This document shows, in pieces, positions 9,026 to 17,596 of a stretch of 64,000 nt of DNA. The first letter of the stretch is position 1. Each line of letters opens with the position of its first letter. The stretch is taken from the NCBI GenBank assembly GCA_963698875.1, contig CAVOSI010000002.1:2164846-2228845 (forward strand). The letters are read 5' to 3'. Below the pieces are notes generated by a model, which saw nothing but the letters and a program-made list of their open reading frames with translations, was not told the origin of the DNA and did no database searches. Origin of the DNA: an uncultured Solirubrobacterales bacterium. Its GTDB lineage: Bacteria > Actinomycetota > Thermoleophilia > Solirubrobacterales > Solirubrobacteraceae. The position numbers were made by a program, and so were the translations under genes.

Positions 9026-9514
9026 ATGGGTTCAGAGCCGATATCCGGGCGAAAGCGCTGCTACGTCGCCAGTCCGCTGGGCTTCACCGAGGCAGGCCGC
9101 ACGTATTACCGAGACTTTCTTCTTCCTGCGCTATCAGCTGTTGTCGAACCCGTCGATCCGTGGTCTCTGGTTCCCCCAAGCACCCAGGCATCCCTTCGAG
9201 ATGCAGGCGAAAGACGAGAGTTGGCTGCGGACATCGGCCGGCGAAACATCGCAGCGATCCGGTCGTGCGATCTACTCGCGGCCTACCTCGAGGGTCAAGA
9301 GGTTGATTCGGGAACCGCTGCGGAGATCGGCTACGCGTCAGCTCTTGGGATTCGATGCGTCGGGCTTCGGAGTGACTTGCGAGCGATGGGAGAGCTAGAC
9401 GGGCGGGTCAATCTCCAAGTCGAAGCGTTTATCGTCGAGAGCGGAGGGTCTATCGCTAGCTCCGTCGAGGAGCTGACTCGTCTGCTGGCAGCAAACGCAC
9501 CCGCCGCCACCTGA
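9026..9514 (+). CDS. Nucleoside 2-deoxyribosyltransferase / (d)NMP N-glycosidase family protein
   Basis: YVASPLGF, DPW, NIAAIRSCDLLAAYLEG and VDSGTAAEIGYASALG (catalytic Glu in the DSGTxxExGYA motif). Confidence 0.9.
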   Translation: MGSEPISGRKRCYVASPLGFTEAGRTYYRDFLLPALSAVVEPVDPWSLVPPSTQASLRDAGERRELAADIGRRNIAAIRSCDLLAAYLEGQEVDSGTAAEIGYASALGIRCVGLRSDLRAMGELDGRVNLQVEAFIVESGGSIASSVEELTRLLAANAPAAT

Positions 9515-9739
9515 CGGCAAGGCGGGGCTTGCTCGCCCGCTGATCATCGCCTGGAGACGGGCAAGCTTCCCCGTCTCGGCCCTCGGACCTCCTGGCCGCA
9601 GGCTCACCAGCACCAGCGACTGGGCGACCTCCCGCCACGAGCGTGGTCGCCAGACACGCGCGTCTAGCGGGTTGCTCCGAAGATCGCTGCAAGCTCGCGA
9701 GCACCGGCGACGAGTCGTCCTCGGTAGCGTTCCATATAG

Positions 9740-10504
9740 ATGGAAGGGCAGCAGCTCGCGATCGGCCGTCTGTATGCGTACCGTGAAAGGCGCTCGGCGC
9801 ACTGTCCGTTGCGCAAGGTCAAGCTGATCGACATCGTCGGGCGCAGGGGCAAGGTCAAGATCCGCTTCGAGGACGGTCCCCATCCAGGCCTTGAGGAGTA
9901 CGTCAGTACCCGCCAGATCGTGATCTCCTGGGCCGATCGCAAGGCGCTCCTCCGCGACGAGGAACGCGCTGCGCTATTGGAGGAGTACGAGAAGGGCGCG
10001 GGCGCCGTCGAGAAGGCTCTGAGCGATGCCGCCGAGGCGGTCCTCGAGGCAACTGGGGAGCCCGGGTGTGGCATGGACCAAGGCGAAGTTCAGCGAATTC
10101 TCGACCGCGCCGGTATCGAGAAGGGACCGACGGACCTGCACCACCTTGCCTACCGCGATCGTCACGGCCAAATCCATCTACCAGGCGAGGCGATGGTCGC
10201 CCTCGCGCAGGCGTTCGCGGCGGCAGAGCCCGAGACGGTCGTGATCTACCTCGACGATCGCGATGACGAACTGCGCATTCGAGGCAACCAACCGGGCGAT
10301 CGGTGGTACCACCAGTATCGGCGCGAGCTTTCCCCCAGCTTCGCGCTCGCCCGCCAATGGGCTGGGCTCGAGCAAGAGAGCGAGATGCTGCGCAAGGAGA
10401 TCGCACGACTACGCGGCTTGCTCTCGACCGCCGCTCACGACCTCAAGAGGGCGGGCGAGGAACGCAAGTCAAACCGGCTTCTTCGGGCGCTCGAAGGCCG
10501 GTAG
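9740..10504 (+). CDS. Hypothetical protein with a coiled-coil-like C-terminus
   Basis: 254-aa ORF with protein-like composition; no family recognised. Confidence 0.65.
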   Translation: MEGQQLAIGRLYAYRERRSAHCPLRKVKLIDIVGRRGKVKIRFEDGPHPGLEEYVSTRQIVISWADRKALLRDEERAALLEEYEKGAGAVEKALSDAAEAVLEATGEPGCGMDQGEVQRILDRAGIEKGPTDLHHLAYRDRHGQIHLPGEAMVALAQAFAAAEPETVVIYLDDRDDELRIRGNQPGDRWYHQYRRELSPSFALARQWAGLEQESEMLRKEIARLRGLLSTAAHDLKRAGEERKSNRLLRALEGR

Positions 10505-10592
10505 GACACTGCTAGGCGGCGAAAGATAAATGCCACTGCTTTCAGGCAAGGCCGTGCCTCATCAACAGACAACGCGGCGGGAGAACAGCTGA

Positions 10593-11231
10593 CTACGCGG
10601 TGTCATCGACGGGCGCGATCACCAGTGTCTGCTCGAGCCATCGGACCGTTGTGATCGCGAGGGCAAGAGCGTCTCGGACGTCAGCATCTGTCAGGGGAAC
10701 GGCGCCTTCCGCGGCCAGCGGGTCGCGAAAGCCCTCATCTTCGAGACGCTGTCGATGCTGCTTGCGGTAGAGATCGGTGATCTCGCCGTAACGATGAGCT
10801 ATCGCGTGGCGAGTGGTCCGTAGCGCTACGAGCTTTCCGTACTCGGCAAAGCCCTGCTTGATCGGGACGCCCAAGCCACTCACCCACAGGCTTATGAGGT
10901 CCTCCCATCTACCGTGATCGAGCGCAAGAAGGCTGGAGTTCGACAGATATCTCGTGAGTGAAACGACGCTTGCATCTCCGGCGGGAATATCTGCGAGACG
11001 ATCGCTAACGAGGCGACGCGCGAGGTCGGCCAGATACGCCTCGATCACCGTCACACATCGAACAATCACGGTCTCCTGAATGGTCCGGATATCCGTCGAC
11101 GATCGGCCTTCGTTGCCTAGGCGGGCTGGGCCGTCGTTGTCGCGCGCCGCAGACCATCGTTCCACGAAGGCGGCGAGCGAGTGAAGGCGACGCAGAGCCT
11201 CCTCCCCCTCGACCGTCAAAAGCACGGTCAA
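10593..11231 (-). CDS. HEPN-domain protein (predicted RNase)
   Basis: All-helical-looking sequence with VTVIEAYLADL and the RxxxxH motif RHAIAH(RYG). Its TTG start overlaps the RT stop. Confidence 0.75.
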   Translation of the reverse strand: MTVLLTVEGEEALRRLHSLAAFVERWSAARDNDGPARLGNEGRSSTDIRTIQETVIVRCVTVIEAYLADLARRLVSDRLADIPAGDASVVSLTRYLSNSSLLALDHGRWEDLISLWVSGLGVPIKQGFAEYGKLVALRTTRHAIAHRYGEITDLYRKQHRQRLEDEGFRDPLAAEGAVPLTDADVRDALALAITTVRWLEQTLVIAPVDDTA

Positions 11232-12746
11232 AGCACCGCGCGCAAGGTCTCAGACTGCACGATCTCAGTGACCTTTCTCAGAATCACGTCTCGAGCGGTG
11301 AAGGTAGACACAAACTGCTCTGACCAAGCTGCTTGTGCGATCTGTACGGCCGCCGCAATGTCGGGACGAGTTGGCGCGGGTGCTGCCTCGTAGATCTCGC
11401 TTACCGTGGCTTGGCTGAGGAACTCATCTGTGTGAGCGAGCGCGATCAGTGCACGACCGCGCACAAACCACGGCAGCGCGGAACCCACCGCGCTCTCGGT
11501 CAACCACCCAGCGAATGCTCCCTCGGCGTGGCTACATCTAGCGAGAACATCGACTAGCCAACCGTGAGTCCAGGGGAGCGCAAGAGGCTGCTTCGTCAGG
11601 ACATCGACTACCGCCTGGGCGGCGGCTTCCTCGTGCTCGGTGCCGATCAACGCACGCAGGTAGAGATTGACGTTGCGGATGTGAGCCGGCCAGGTCTCGA
11701 CAAGGACATCCAAGCGCTGCAATGGCTTGAGGTTCTGAAATCCCGCGAGATATGGAAGAGCAGTATCGATCATCCGCTGTCGTGCCGGAAATGGATGTTC
11801 AGCGTCATCGATGGCTCTCTCGAATGCCGCCACGATGACCTCCTCATCGGCGCTCTCAAGAGAGATGCCTTCAAACTCGTCCGGGTCGAACGTGTAGCCC
11901 GCTGGAAGCTCCACCGTCTCAATGGCCGCCGCCTGAAGCAACTCCTGGTAAGCCGACAATCCTTCCTCGTACTGCTCGGCCGTCATTACCTGGGTCTTCT
12001 CGTGGTTCAGGATTAGGCCGAGGTCGCGCAGCGCGCGCTCAAGGGCAGCGACATCGCGACGGCCGCCCGCGGCGCTGTCAGCCTTGAAAAGGTAGTCGTC
12101 GTTGAAGCGCGTCGCCCTGACGCCTGCCCGCATTAGAACACGGTCCACGCGGCTGAGATACAGGCTGGCAAAGATGTCGGAGCCGGGCGGGCCTTGCGGG
12201 AGCCCAAAGCGGCGCCCCATAAGCTCCGAGAGAGCGCCCTTGATTGCACCCGCGAGCTCGGCGTCCCCCGTCAGGCTCGACGATCTCTGCGCCGAGCAGC
12301 TCATGGTCGACGTACTCGTAGAAGCTAGCGACATCCGCCTTCGCGACGAAGGCAGGCCGGGCCCCATCGAGCGGCCCACGTTCGAAGTTCATCTTCTGTC
12401 CCTGTGCAGGCTCGATGTGTGGTGCCAAACCGAGGAGCTCCGCGTCCTCCGCGAGCTCGTCACCGAGCCGCTTCGCCAGAGCCTCGATCACTAGCCGGGC
12501 CTCGATGCCGAGATCTGGGACGGGACGCGTCCCCGATCCGTAACGATGCGCGAACACTACGTCCGCTGGGTGGAGATCGACGCCGGTCTGCATGTGGGTT
12601 GCGAACCGTGGGAGAAAGTCCCCAGCCACGCTCGCCGCCGCTCTCGAGGCGAGCGATGAGGGAAGGAATTCTCCTCGCTGGGACTCGAGTTGCGTGAGAG
12701 CCGCGGGAAGATCGAGCGCGCTGACGAGATGAGCCTTGAGCTTCAT
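11228..12746 (-). CDS. Reverse transcriptase (UG/Abi/DRT-like), ~505 aa after removing one extra base at ~12275
   Basis: Two track ORFs join into one RT: GTRPV, FVAKADVASFYEYVDHELL | FGLPQGPPGSDIFASLYLSRVD, RFNDDYLF, LGLILNHEKT, then a helical-repeat-like C-terminus. Confidence 0.9.
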
Positions 12747-12780
12747 CCCACACATCATCAAGCATCGGAACGAATCAACG

Positions 12781-13744
12781 TCATTCCCGCCTCTTCGCCC
12801 TTCCGCGCACGACGACGACTCGAGCAGACACGGACGAAGCGAGGAGTCCCGCGAACTCGCGTCGCCAGTGCTCGACCGGCGGCGATGGCCTCCCCGCGAG
12901 CAGGTCGACCAGCTCTTGAGCCGGCCAGAAGATCGACCGGCGCCGGCGCAACGCGCCGAAGCCCACTCGTCGGATGCGGTAGGCGTCGTCGGTGTCCGCA
13001 AAGAGATAGCCCAGCAGTTGCCACAGCTCGATCCGTCCCAGCACGCGCGCCGTGCTCGTTGACTTCAGGTCCAGCAGCGTGCCGTCGTAGACCAGGTCGG
13101 CGTCAGCGCCGCCGAGTGGCCCGCTTTGAGCGAACGTGGGACCGATGTGCAGCTCGGCGGCATCACGGATGCCCAGGTGATCCTCGACGGCGCATCGGCC
13201 AACAGTGCAAATGTCCCACAGGGTCGGCCTGTTCACGAGCGCAGTCGCCAGCTCGCCGAGGTCGCCGTGAAACTCGCGCAGCGGACGGGCGAGATACGGC
13301 CACACGACAGGGCCGGCGCGAAAGAACTGCTCGAACCGCGCGAGGATGCCGGCTAGGCCGGCAAGCTCGATCCATTCCTCCTCGGACAGCTCGCCCGCCC
13401 ACGGTTGCACCCCGCCGATTCTGCCAACCGCTAGCCGCTCGATCACGCTCGGCCGAGTGGAAGTGCGGCGCAGCGCACTGTCGAGCAAGCGAGCGGCAAC
13501 CGTGGCGACCGTGGCGTCGATCCCGTCAGCGCGCAGGTGAGCACTGAGCACGTAGCCAACAGTGGTGCCGACAAGCCCACGATCAGCGCCGGGCACCGAA
13601 GGGACCACACACGGCTCGCCCGTGCCTCCGGCCCTCAGACTCACGGTTCGCGCGCGTGCTGACACGCTGCGTCTGCGAGAAGTGCTCCGCGAACCACTCC
13701 CAAACGGGACCGCGCCCCATCTTGAGGAGGCCGGTCAAGCTCAT
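12781..13744 (-). CDS. PD-(D/E)XK nuclease-like protein (one-base frameshift at ~13640)
   Basis: ATG 13744 gives MSLTGLLKMGRGPVWEWFAEHF, which joins the 294-aa track ORF. Motifs: GADADLVYDGTLLDLKST and WQLLGY (D..DxK + QxxxY). Confidence 0.7.
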
Positions 13745-13872
13745 GCGTCAGCGCCCGCCCATCCACCACAACGCCGCCGAAGCCGCTCGCGCCCTCCCAG
13801 CAGCAGCGCTGCCACGGCATCATTCGGGGTTACAACGCAGCGAGTCATTCGAGTGCGCCCTGACTCTCGCGC

Positions 13873-14523
13873 CTAAGCCGATGGATTGATGTCTTCGCCT
13901 GCGACGCGCGCCCTGATCCCGGCGGCACGAAGGCACTCGCGGATCTGGACGAATATCTCCGGCGAGTCGGGCGGATGCCACTGCGCCGAGCGCCCCACGA
14001 TCAGTTTCAGGTCAACGTCTGGCGCGTCTGGGAGCGGCGGGACGATCGTTCCCCCGTAGGGGTTCAGCTTTACTCGTCTCAATGCGTGGCAGGCCGCTAC
14101 GAAGTCGGCACGCCGAATCATCGCATTGAGGTCTTGAGCGCCGTCAATCTGCTCGTAGGTCAGCAGGCGGTCCAGCAGCAGCCGATCCCACGGGCGCCGC
14201 CGGCACACGTAGGCGGCGGCCAGCTGCCCTGATCCGAGTGCCACAACCGCCCCGAGCGCCACAAGTGCGAGCTGGTGCAGGTTGCCTGCAAGATAGGCGC
14301 CCCCGACGAACCCGCCAATAGCGACCGCCGGAGCCGAAATGAGCCACGCAGCGCCCACAGCCACACGCCACAGACATCGCCTCCCCTCGTATTCCATGAG
14401 GCGAGCGAGCGCGGTCCGATACGTGTAGGGAGCCGCGAGCGGTGTAGGCCAGACCGAAGCCTGAGTTGCAGCGTACATAGCCGAAACGCTAGCCATGTTG
14501 CGGGCAGCACTCGGCATCGGCAT
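13873..14523 (-). CDS. Hypothetical membrane protein (two TM segments)
   Basis: Two hydrophobic stretches followed by a soluble domain; start uncertain. Confidence 0.55.
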   Translation of the reverse strand: MPMPSAARNMASVSAMYAATQASVWPTPLAAPYTYRTALARLMEYEGRRCLWRVAVGAAWLISAPAVAIGGFVGGAYLAGNLHQLALVALGAVVALGSGQLAAAYVCRRRPWDRLLLDRLLTYEQIDGAQDLNAMIRRADFVAACHALRRVKLNPYGGTIVPPLPDAPDVDLKLIVGRSAQWHPPDSPEIFVQIRECLRAAGIRARVAGEDINPSA

Positions 14524-14560
14524 CCGAGACTGCCGTCGGAACCGGCAGTAGGCTGAGCGG

Positions 14561-15034
14561 GTGGTTGCGTGGATCGCACTCGCGGTGTCGCTGGCTTCAA
14601 CGGGCGCGTTCGTATGGGACAGGTTCCTGCGTCGATCGCGCTTCGAGGTTCAGGCTGACTGGATCATGGTCGCGGCCGACCCAGTGCTTCGGCTTGCGAT
14701 CCACAACGTCGGCGACCGCAAGGACACCATTCGGGAGATGCGGTTCAAGGAGCGCGCGATGCCCGCAGGGCGCGGCTGGACTCCCCACGGCGCGGTTCTG
14801 AGCCAACTCCCGGTAGCGCTCGATATAGGCGAGGCGTCGCCGGCGTTCAGCGTTCATCCTCGGCAGGGGCCGTCGCACATATTTCATGACGGCCTGCTTT
14901 GCAGCCGAATCGACACGCTAGAAGTCGAAAATGGGCGGGGTCGTGTCAGCACGCACTCCCTACCTCTGCTGTATGAGGTTGAGCGCGACGTGCTGACGAA
15001 CAGGGGCGAGCGAATCCCCAAGTCCACGCCGTAG
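14561..15034 (+). CDS. Hypothetical protein with an N-terminal TM anchor
   Basis: VAWIALAVSLASTGAFVWD followed by a beta-rich domain (LRLAIHNVGDR). Confidence 0.65.
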   Translation: MVAWIALAVSLASTGAFVWDRFLRRSRFEVQADWIMVAADPVLRLAIHNVGDRKDTIREMRFKERAMPAGRGWTPHGAVLSQLPVALDIGEASPAFSVHPRQGPSHIFHDGLLCSRIDTLEVENGRGRVSTHSLPLLYEVERDVLTNRGERIPKSTP

Positions 15035-15206
15035 CCGGCCGCGTCTCAATGCCGGCGCGGCCGAGCAAGCTCTCGGCGACGGTCGACCGTGGGTATCCGG
15101 AGGCCGGGACGGCGACTATCAGGACATGTAGGCACGGAGATGGCAGCGTGAGTGGTCCACTCGCGCTCGAAGCGTTGACCCCGATCGGAACGGGAGAGGC
15201 ACCCTG

Positions 15207-15536
15207 ATGTGGAGCTACCAGGGGTCCGAGGAGTTCGAGCTGCACCGCCGGATTGTCGGCGAGCTGGAATCTGGCGTGAACAACCGCGACTGGTGGGTCT
15301 GGATTCATTTCGACGTTGACGGCGACGGCGATGTCTCCCTCGCAAGCTTGGCCCAGGAGGTCGAGACGTGGCTCTCGTCCCTCGACCCTGACGTGGAGAT
15401 CGAGAGCGGCTACCCGCTTGAATGGGTCGACGGACCGCTGCAGGTTGAGTTGAAGGCGGTCCCGCGGCGCCGAGAGCGGCGCGGCGGGCCTCCACTTGTC
15501 GGCAACCCGTTCCCGCCGGTCGCGTTCTGGAGTTGA
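15207..15536 (+). CDS. Hypothetical acidic protein, possibly a gene fragment
   Basis: Protein-like composition; the stop overlaps the next ORF. Confidence 0.45.
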   Translation: MWSYQGSEEFELHRRIVGELESGVNNRDWWVWIHFDVDGDGDVSLASLAQEVETWLSSLDPDVEIESGYPLEWVDGPLQVELKAVPRRRERRGGPPLVGNPFPPVAFWS

Positions 15537-15739
15537 TCGAAGTGCCGATCTTCAAGGTTGTGGTGAGTAGCGACGACGTGGAAGCAACGCAGACACCGCA
15601 TACGCCGACGCCGGAGGTGTTCGAGTACGAGATCGAGGCCGATGGCTGGGAGGAGGCGCTGGCACTGGCGCCTGACTGCTGGCGCGAGCAGACCGGCGAG
15701 ACGCGCGATCCCAAGTACGTCCAGCCGTCACCGGGCTAG
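15533..15739 (+). CDS. Small hypothetical protein
   Basis: 68-aa acidic ORF coupled to the previous one. Confidence 0.45.
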   Translation: MIEVPIFKVVVSSDDVEATQTPHTPTPEVFEYEIEADGWEEALALAPDCWREQTGETRDPKYVQPSPG

Positions 15740-15745
15740 CAGCGG

Positions 15746-16060
15746 CTAGTTGAAGAAGTAGAGATGAATCGGTGCTGCGGCGCGGTCGCGTGCTTGCTCC
15801 ACCAGCGATCGATAGTTGTCCCAGAGGGTCTGCTTGCGGAGTGTGTCCTCGATCATCTGTCGCCACTCTGCGTGCTTTACGGGCGACGCCGGGTCGTTTG
15901 TAGTGTTCGTCCGCGGCGGGTCCGGTCGCCACTCGCTCTCGCTTGAGCCGAAGCGAAGGTCGAACGTGACTGTCTCGCCTGGGAAGTCGGCGTGCGCGAG
16001 GACGCGCCAATCAGCGCCGTTGCAGAGATCCACAATGCGTATCGCGGGCAGGACGGCCAT
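15746..16060 (-). CDS. Hypothetical protein
   Basis: 104-aa ORF with an ATG start and protein-like composition. Confidence 0.5.
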   Translation of the reverse strand: MAVLPAIRIVDLCNGADWRVLAHADFPGETVTFDLRFGSSESEWRPDPPRTNTTNDPASPVKHAEWRQMIEDTLRKQTLWDNYRSLVEQARDRAAAPIHLYFFN

Positions 16061-16113
16061 TGCTCGACAGAGTAGTCCCGGCGTCAGTCACCTCCCAAAG
16101 AGGCGAGGGACCA

Positions 16114-16201
16114 TTGGGCAGCGGCTCGAATCTGCTGCCCAAACACGGCCGTATCGAAGAGAATCCTGCCGTATCGACGCCGCCATAACGAGTGCCCAAA
16201 C
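16114..16201. repeat. Putative integrase/excisionase arm-binding repeats beside the att site
   Basis: Inverted repeat TTGGGCAGC-N11-GCTGCCCAA (16114-16142), TGCCCAAAC at 16136 and 16193, and GCCGTATCGA at 16148 and 16168. Confidence 0.6.
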
Positions 16202-16249
16202 GCCGAAGACATGCCGGAAACGCCGGGGTGCCTGCCTGCCTGGCTTGTC

Positions 16250-16293
16250 CCCTGATAAGGAAGAGGTCCCAGGTTCGAATCCTGGATCGCCCA
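16250..16293 (+). tRNA. 3' half of tRNA-Ile(GAT): att-site duplicate, not an intact gene
   Basis: CC-CTGATAA-GGAAG anticodon loop and 3' stem, AGGTC variable loop, CCAGG-TTCGAAT-CCTGG T arm, and ATCGCCC-A acceptor 3' strand. There is no D arm or 5' acceptor strand upstream. Confidence 0.9.
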
Positions 16294-16587
16294 TCGATCT
16301 CCCCGCGGCTCTACAGAGGCGTTTTCCGCTCGGCTCCTTGGCCCTCGACATACGGCGTGAAACTGCAAGGTGCGCGCTCCTGCCCATTCAGGGCATCTAC
16401 CGGAGGAGGCGATACGGGAAGCGAACTGGAGATCGAGGCGCGCGAGACCGATTGGCAGCGCCGACGTCGAGCGATGCTGCGACCGTGGCCGCGGCAACGT
16501 ATACCGGAGGCGCCGTCTACACCTCAAGGGCGCGCCCTGAACCCCAACAGGCTGGTCCCAATCCGTCAACTGCGGTAGCTTCGAGCT

Positions 16588-16905
16588 ATGACGACAGCCG
16601 AGATCGTCGATCGAGCCGGACGCCTCCTGGCGGACGCCGCGCCGCGTCAGTCGAAAGTGATCCTCTTTGGCTCGCAGGGCCGTGGGGATGCTGGCGCGGA
16701 CAGCGACTTCGACTTCCTCGTCGTGGAGCCGTCGGTGGCTAGCAAGGCGAAGGAGATGGTGCGGCTGCGCGCCGTGCTCGACCCGCTCCGTATCGCTGCG
16801 GATGTCATGGTTGTCCCGCTCGACTACGTGGAGGAATGGGGCGATGTCCCCGGAACGCTGCTCCACGATGCGCTGACGGAGGGCCGTCTCCTCGCCGAAA
16901 CGTGA
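16588..16905 (+). CDS. Minimal nucleotidyltransferase (MNT antitoxin)
   Basis: VILFGSQGRGDAGADSDFDFLVV (GSx10DxD). Confidence 0.92.
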   Translation: MTTAEIVDRAGRLLADAAPRQSKVILFGSQGRGDAGADSDFDFLVVEPSVASKAKEMVRLRAVLDPLRIAADVMVVPLDYVEEWGDVPGTLLHDALTEGRLLAET

Positions 16906-16960
16906 CGTACGTGACCTCGCTGCTCGCTTCGCGCTGAAGGCCCGCAGCGACGAGATAACG

Positions 16961-17293
16961 TTGGAGAAGCTCGCCGACGACCACGATGTGCCGGATGACG
17001 TGATCGGCTTCCACGCTCAGCAGGCGGTCGAGAAGCTGCTGAAGGCGGCTCTCGCAAACGCTGGGGTTCCTCCTCCGCGCGTCCACGACCTTGGGCGCTT
17101 GGTCGCCCTACTTGATGAAGCCGGGCTAGCTCCGCCGGAGGCAGCACGGGATGCTCGAGGCCTCGCGCCCTGGGCAGTCGAATTCCGATACGAGCACATC
17201 CTCGATGAGCGCCTCGACCGTAAGGCCGCGAGCGAGACAGTGGCACAGGTACGTGCCTGGCTCGATCAGCCGCTCGCCCAGCCCAACACCTGA
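16961..17293 (+). CDS. HEPN-domain protein (MNT-associated toxin)
   Basis: GFHAQQAVEKLLKA, PRVHDLGRL and AVEFRY. The frame is open upstream to ~16877, so the true start may be earlier. Confidence 0.9.
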   Translation: MEKLADDHDVPDDVIGFHAQQAVEKLLKAALANAGVPPPRVHDLGRLVALLDEAGLAPPEAARDARGLAPWAVEFRYEHILDERLDRKAASETVAQVRAWLDQPLAQPNT

Positions 17294-17300
17294 GCACCAC

Positions 17301-17567
17301 TCAAGGGGTCTGTGCGCCGCTCCCGCTGCGTTTCACGCGCGGCAAGGGGCGATGGCTGGCCCGCCCGGCCAGAACTAGACAGCTGGGTTGCCGGCCGAGC
17401 ATCCCCTCGAGCGACTCTGCTTGAAGCGCGAACTGGACTCTCAGTGCCTGGCCGACGGATAGATCGTGCTTCCCATGCTCAATCTTCGACCAGTGGCTTT
17501 GACTAATCCCAGCCAGTTTTGCCGCTGCAGTTTGAGTCAAATCTAACTTTTCGCGACGTAGCCTCAC
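17301..17567 (-). CDS. XRE-family HTH regulator, 5' end probably disrupted
   Basis: LRREKLDLTQTAAAKLAGISQSHWSKIEHG. The frame continues upstream (KRALERFGRDV) into the IS remnant junction. Confidence 0.7.
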   Translation of the reverse strand: MRLRREKLDLTQTAAAKLAGISQSHWSKIEHGKHDLSVGQALRVQFALQAESLEGMLGRQPSCLVLAGRASHRPLPRVKRSGSGAQTP

Positions 17568-17596
17568 GTCACGTCCGAACCGCTCAAGGGCACGCT

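Larger units (their letters stand above)
1..16293. mobile_element. Integrative element/genomic island inserted at tRNA-Ile(GAT); left end lies outside the window
   Basis: int, xis-like, Rep-like and XRE genes at the left, accessory cargo in the middle, a tRNA 3'-half duplicate at 16250-16293, and arm-site-like repeats just inside it. Confidence 0.85.

Noticed and set aside
11228-12746. RT as a retron, group II intron, DGR or CRISPR-associated RT
   Set aside because: No NAxxH or VTG motifs and only 34 nt upstream for msr-msd. No maturase/endonuclease domain, no TR/VR pair and no cas genes or array were seen.
9026-12746. NDT gene as the effector of the RT, as in Ec86-type retrons
   Set aside because: It is on the opposite strand, separated by two genes, and the RT lacks retron signatures.
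16220-16293. Intact tRNA-Ile gene
   Set aside because: The 5' acceptor strand and D arm are missing and the 5' anticodon stem only partly pairs, so it is an att fragment.
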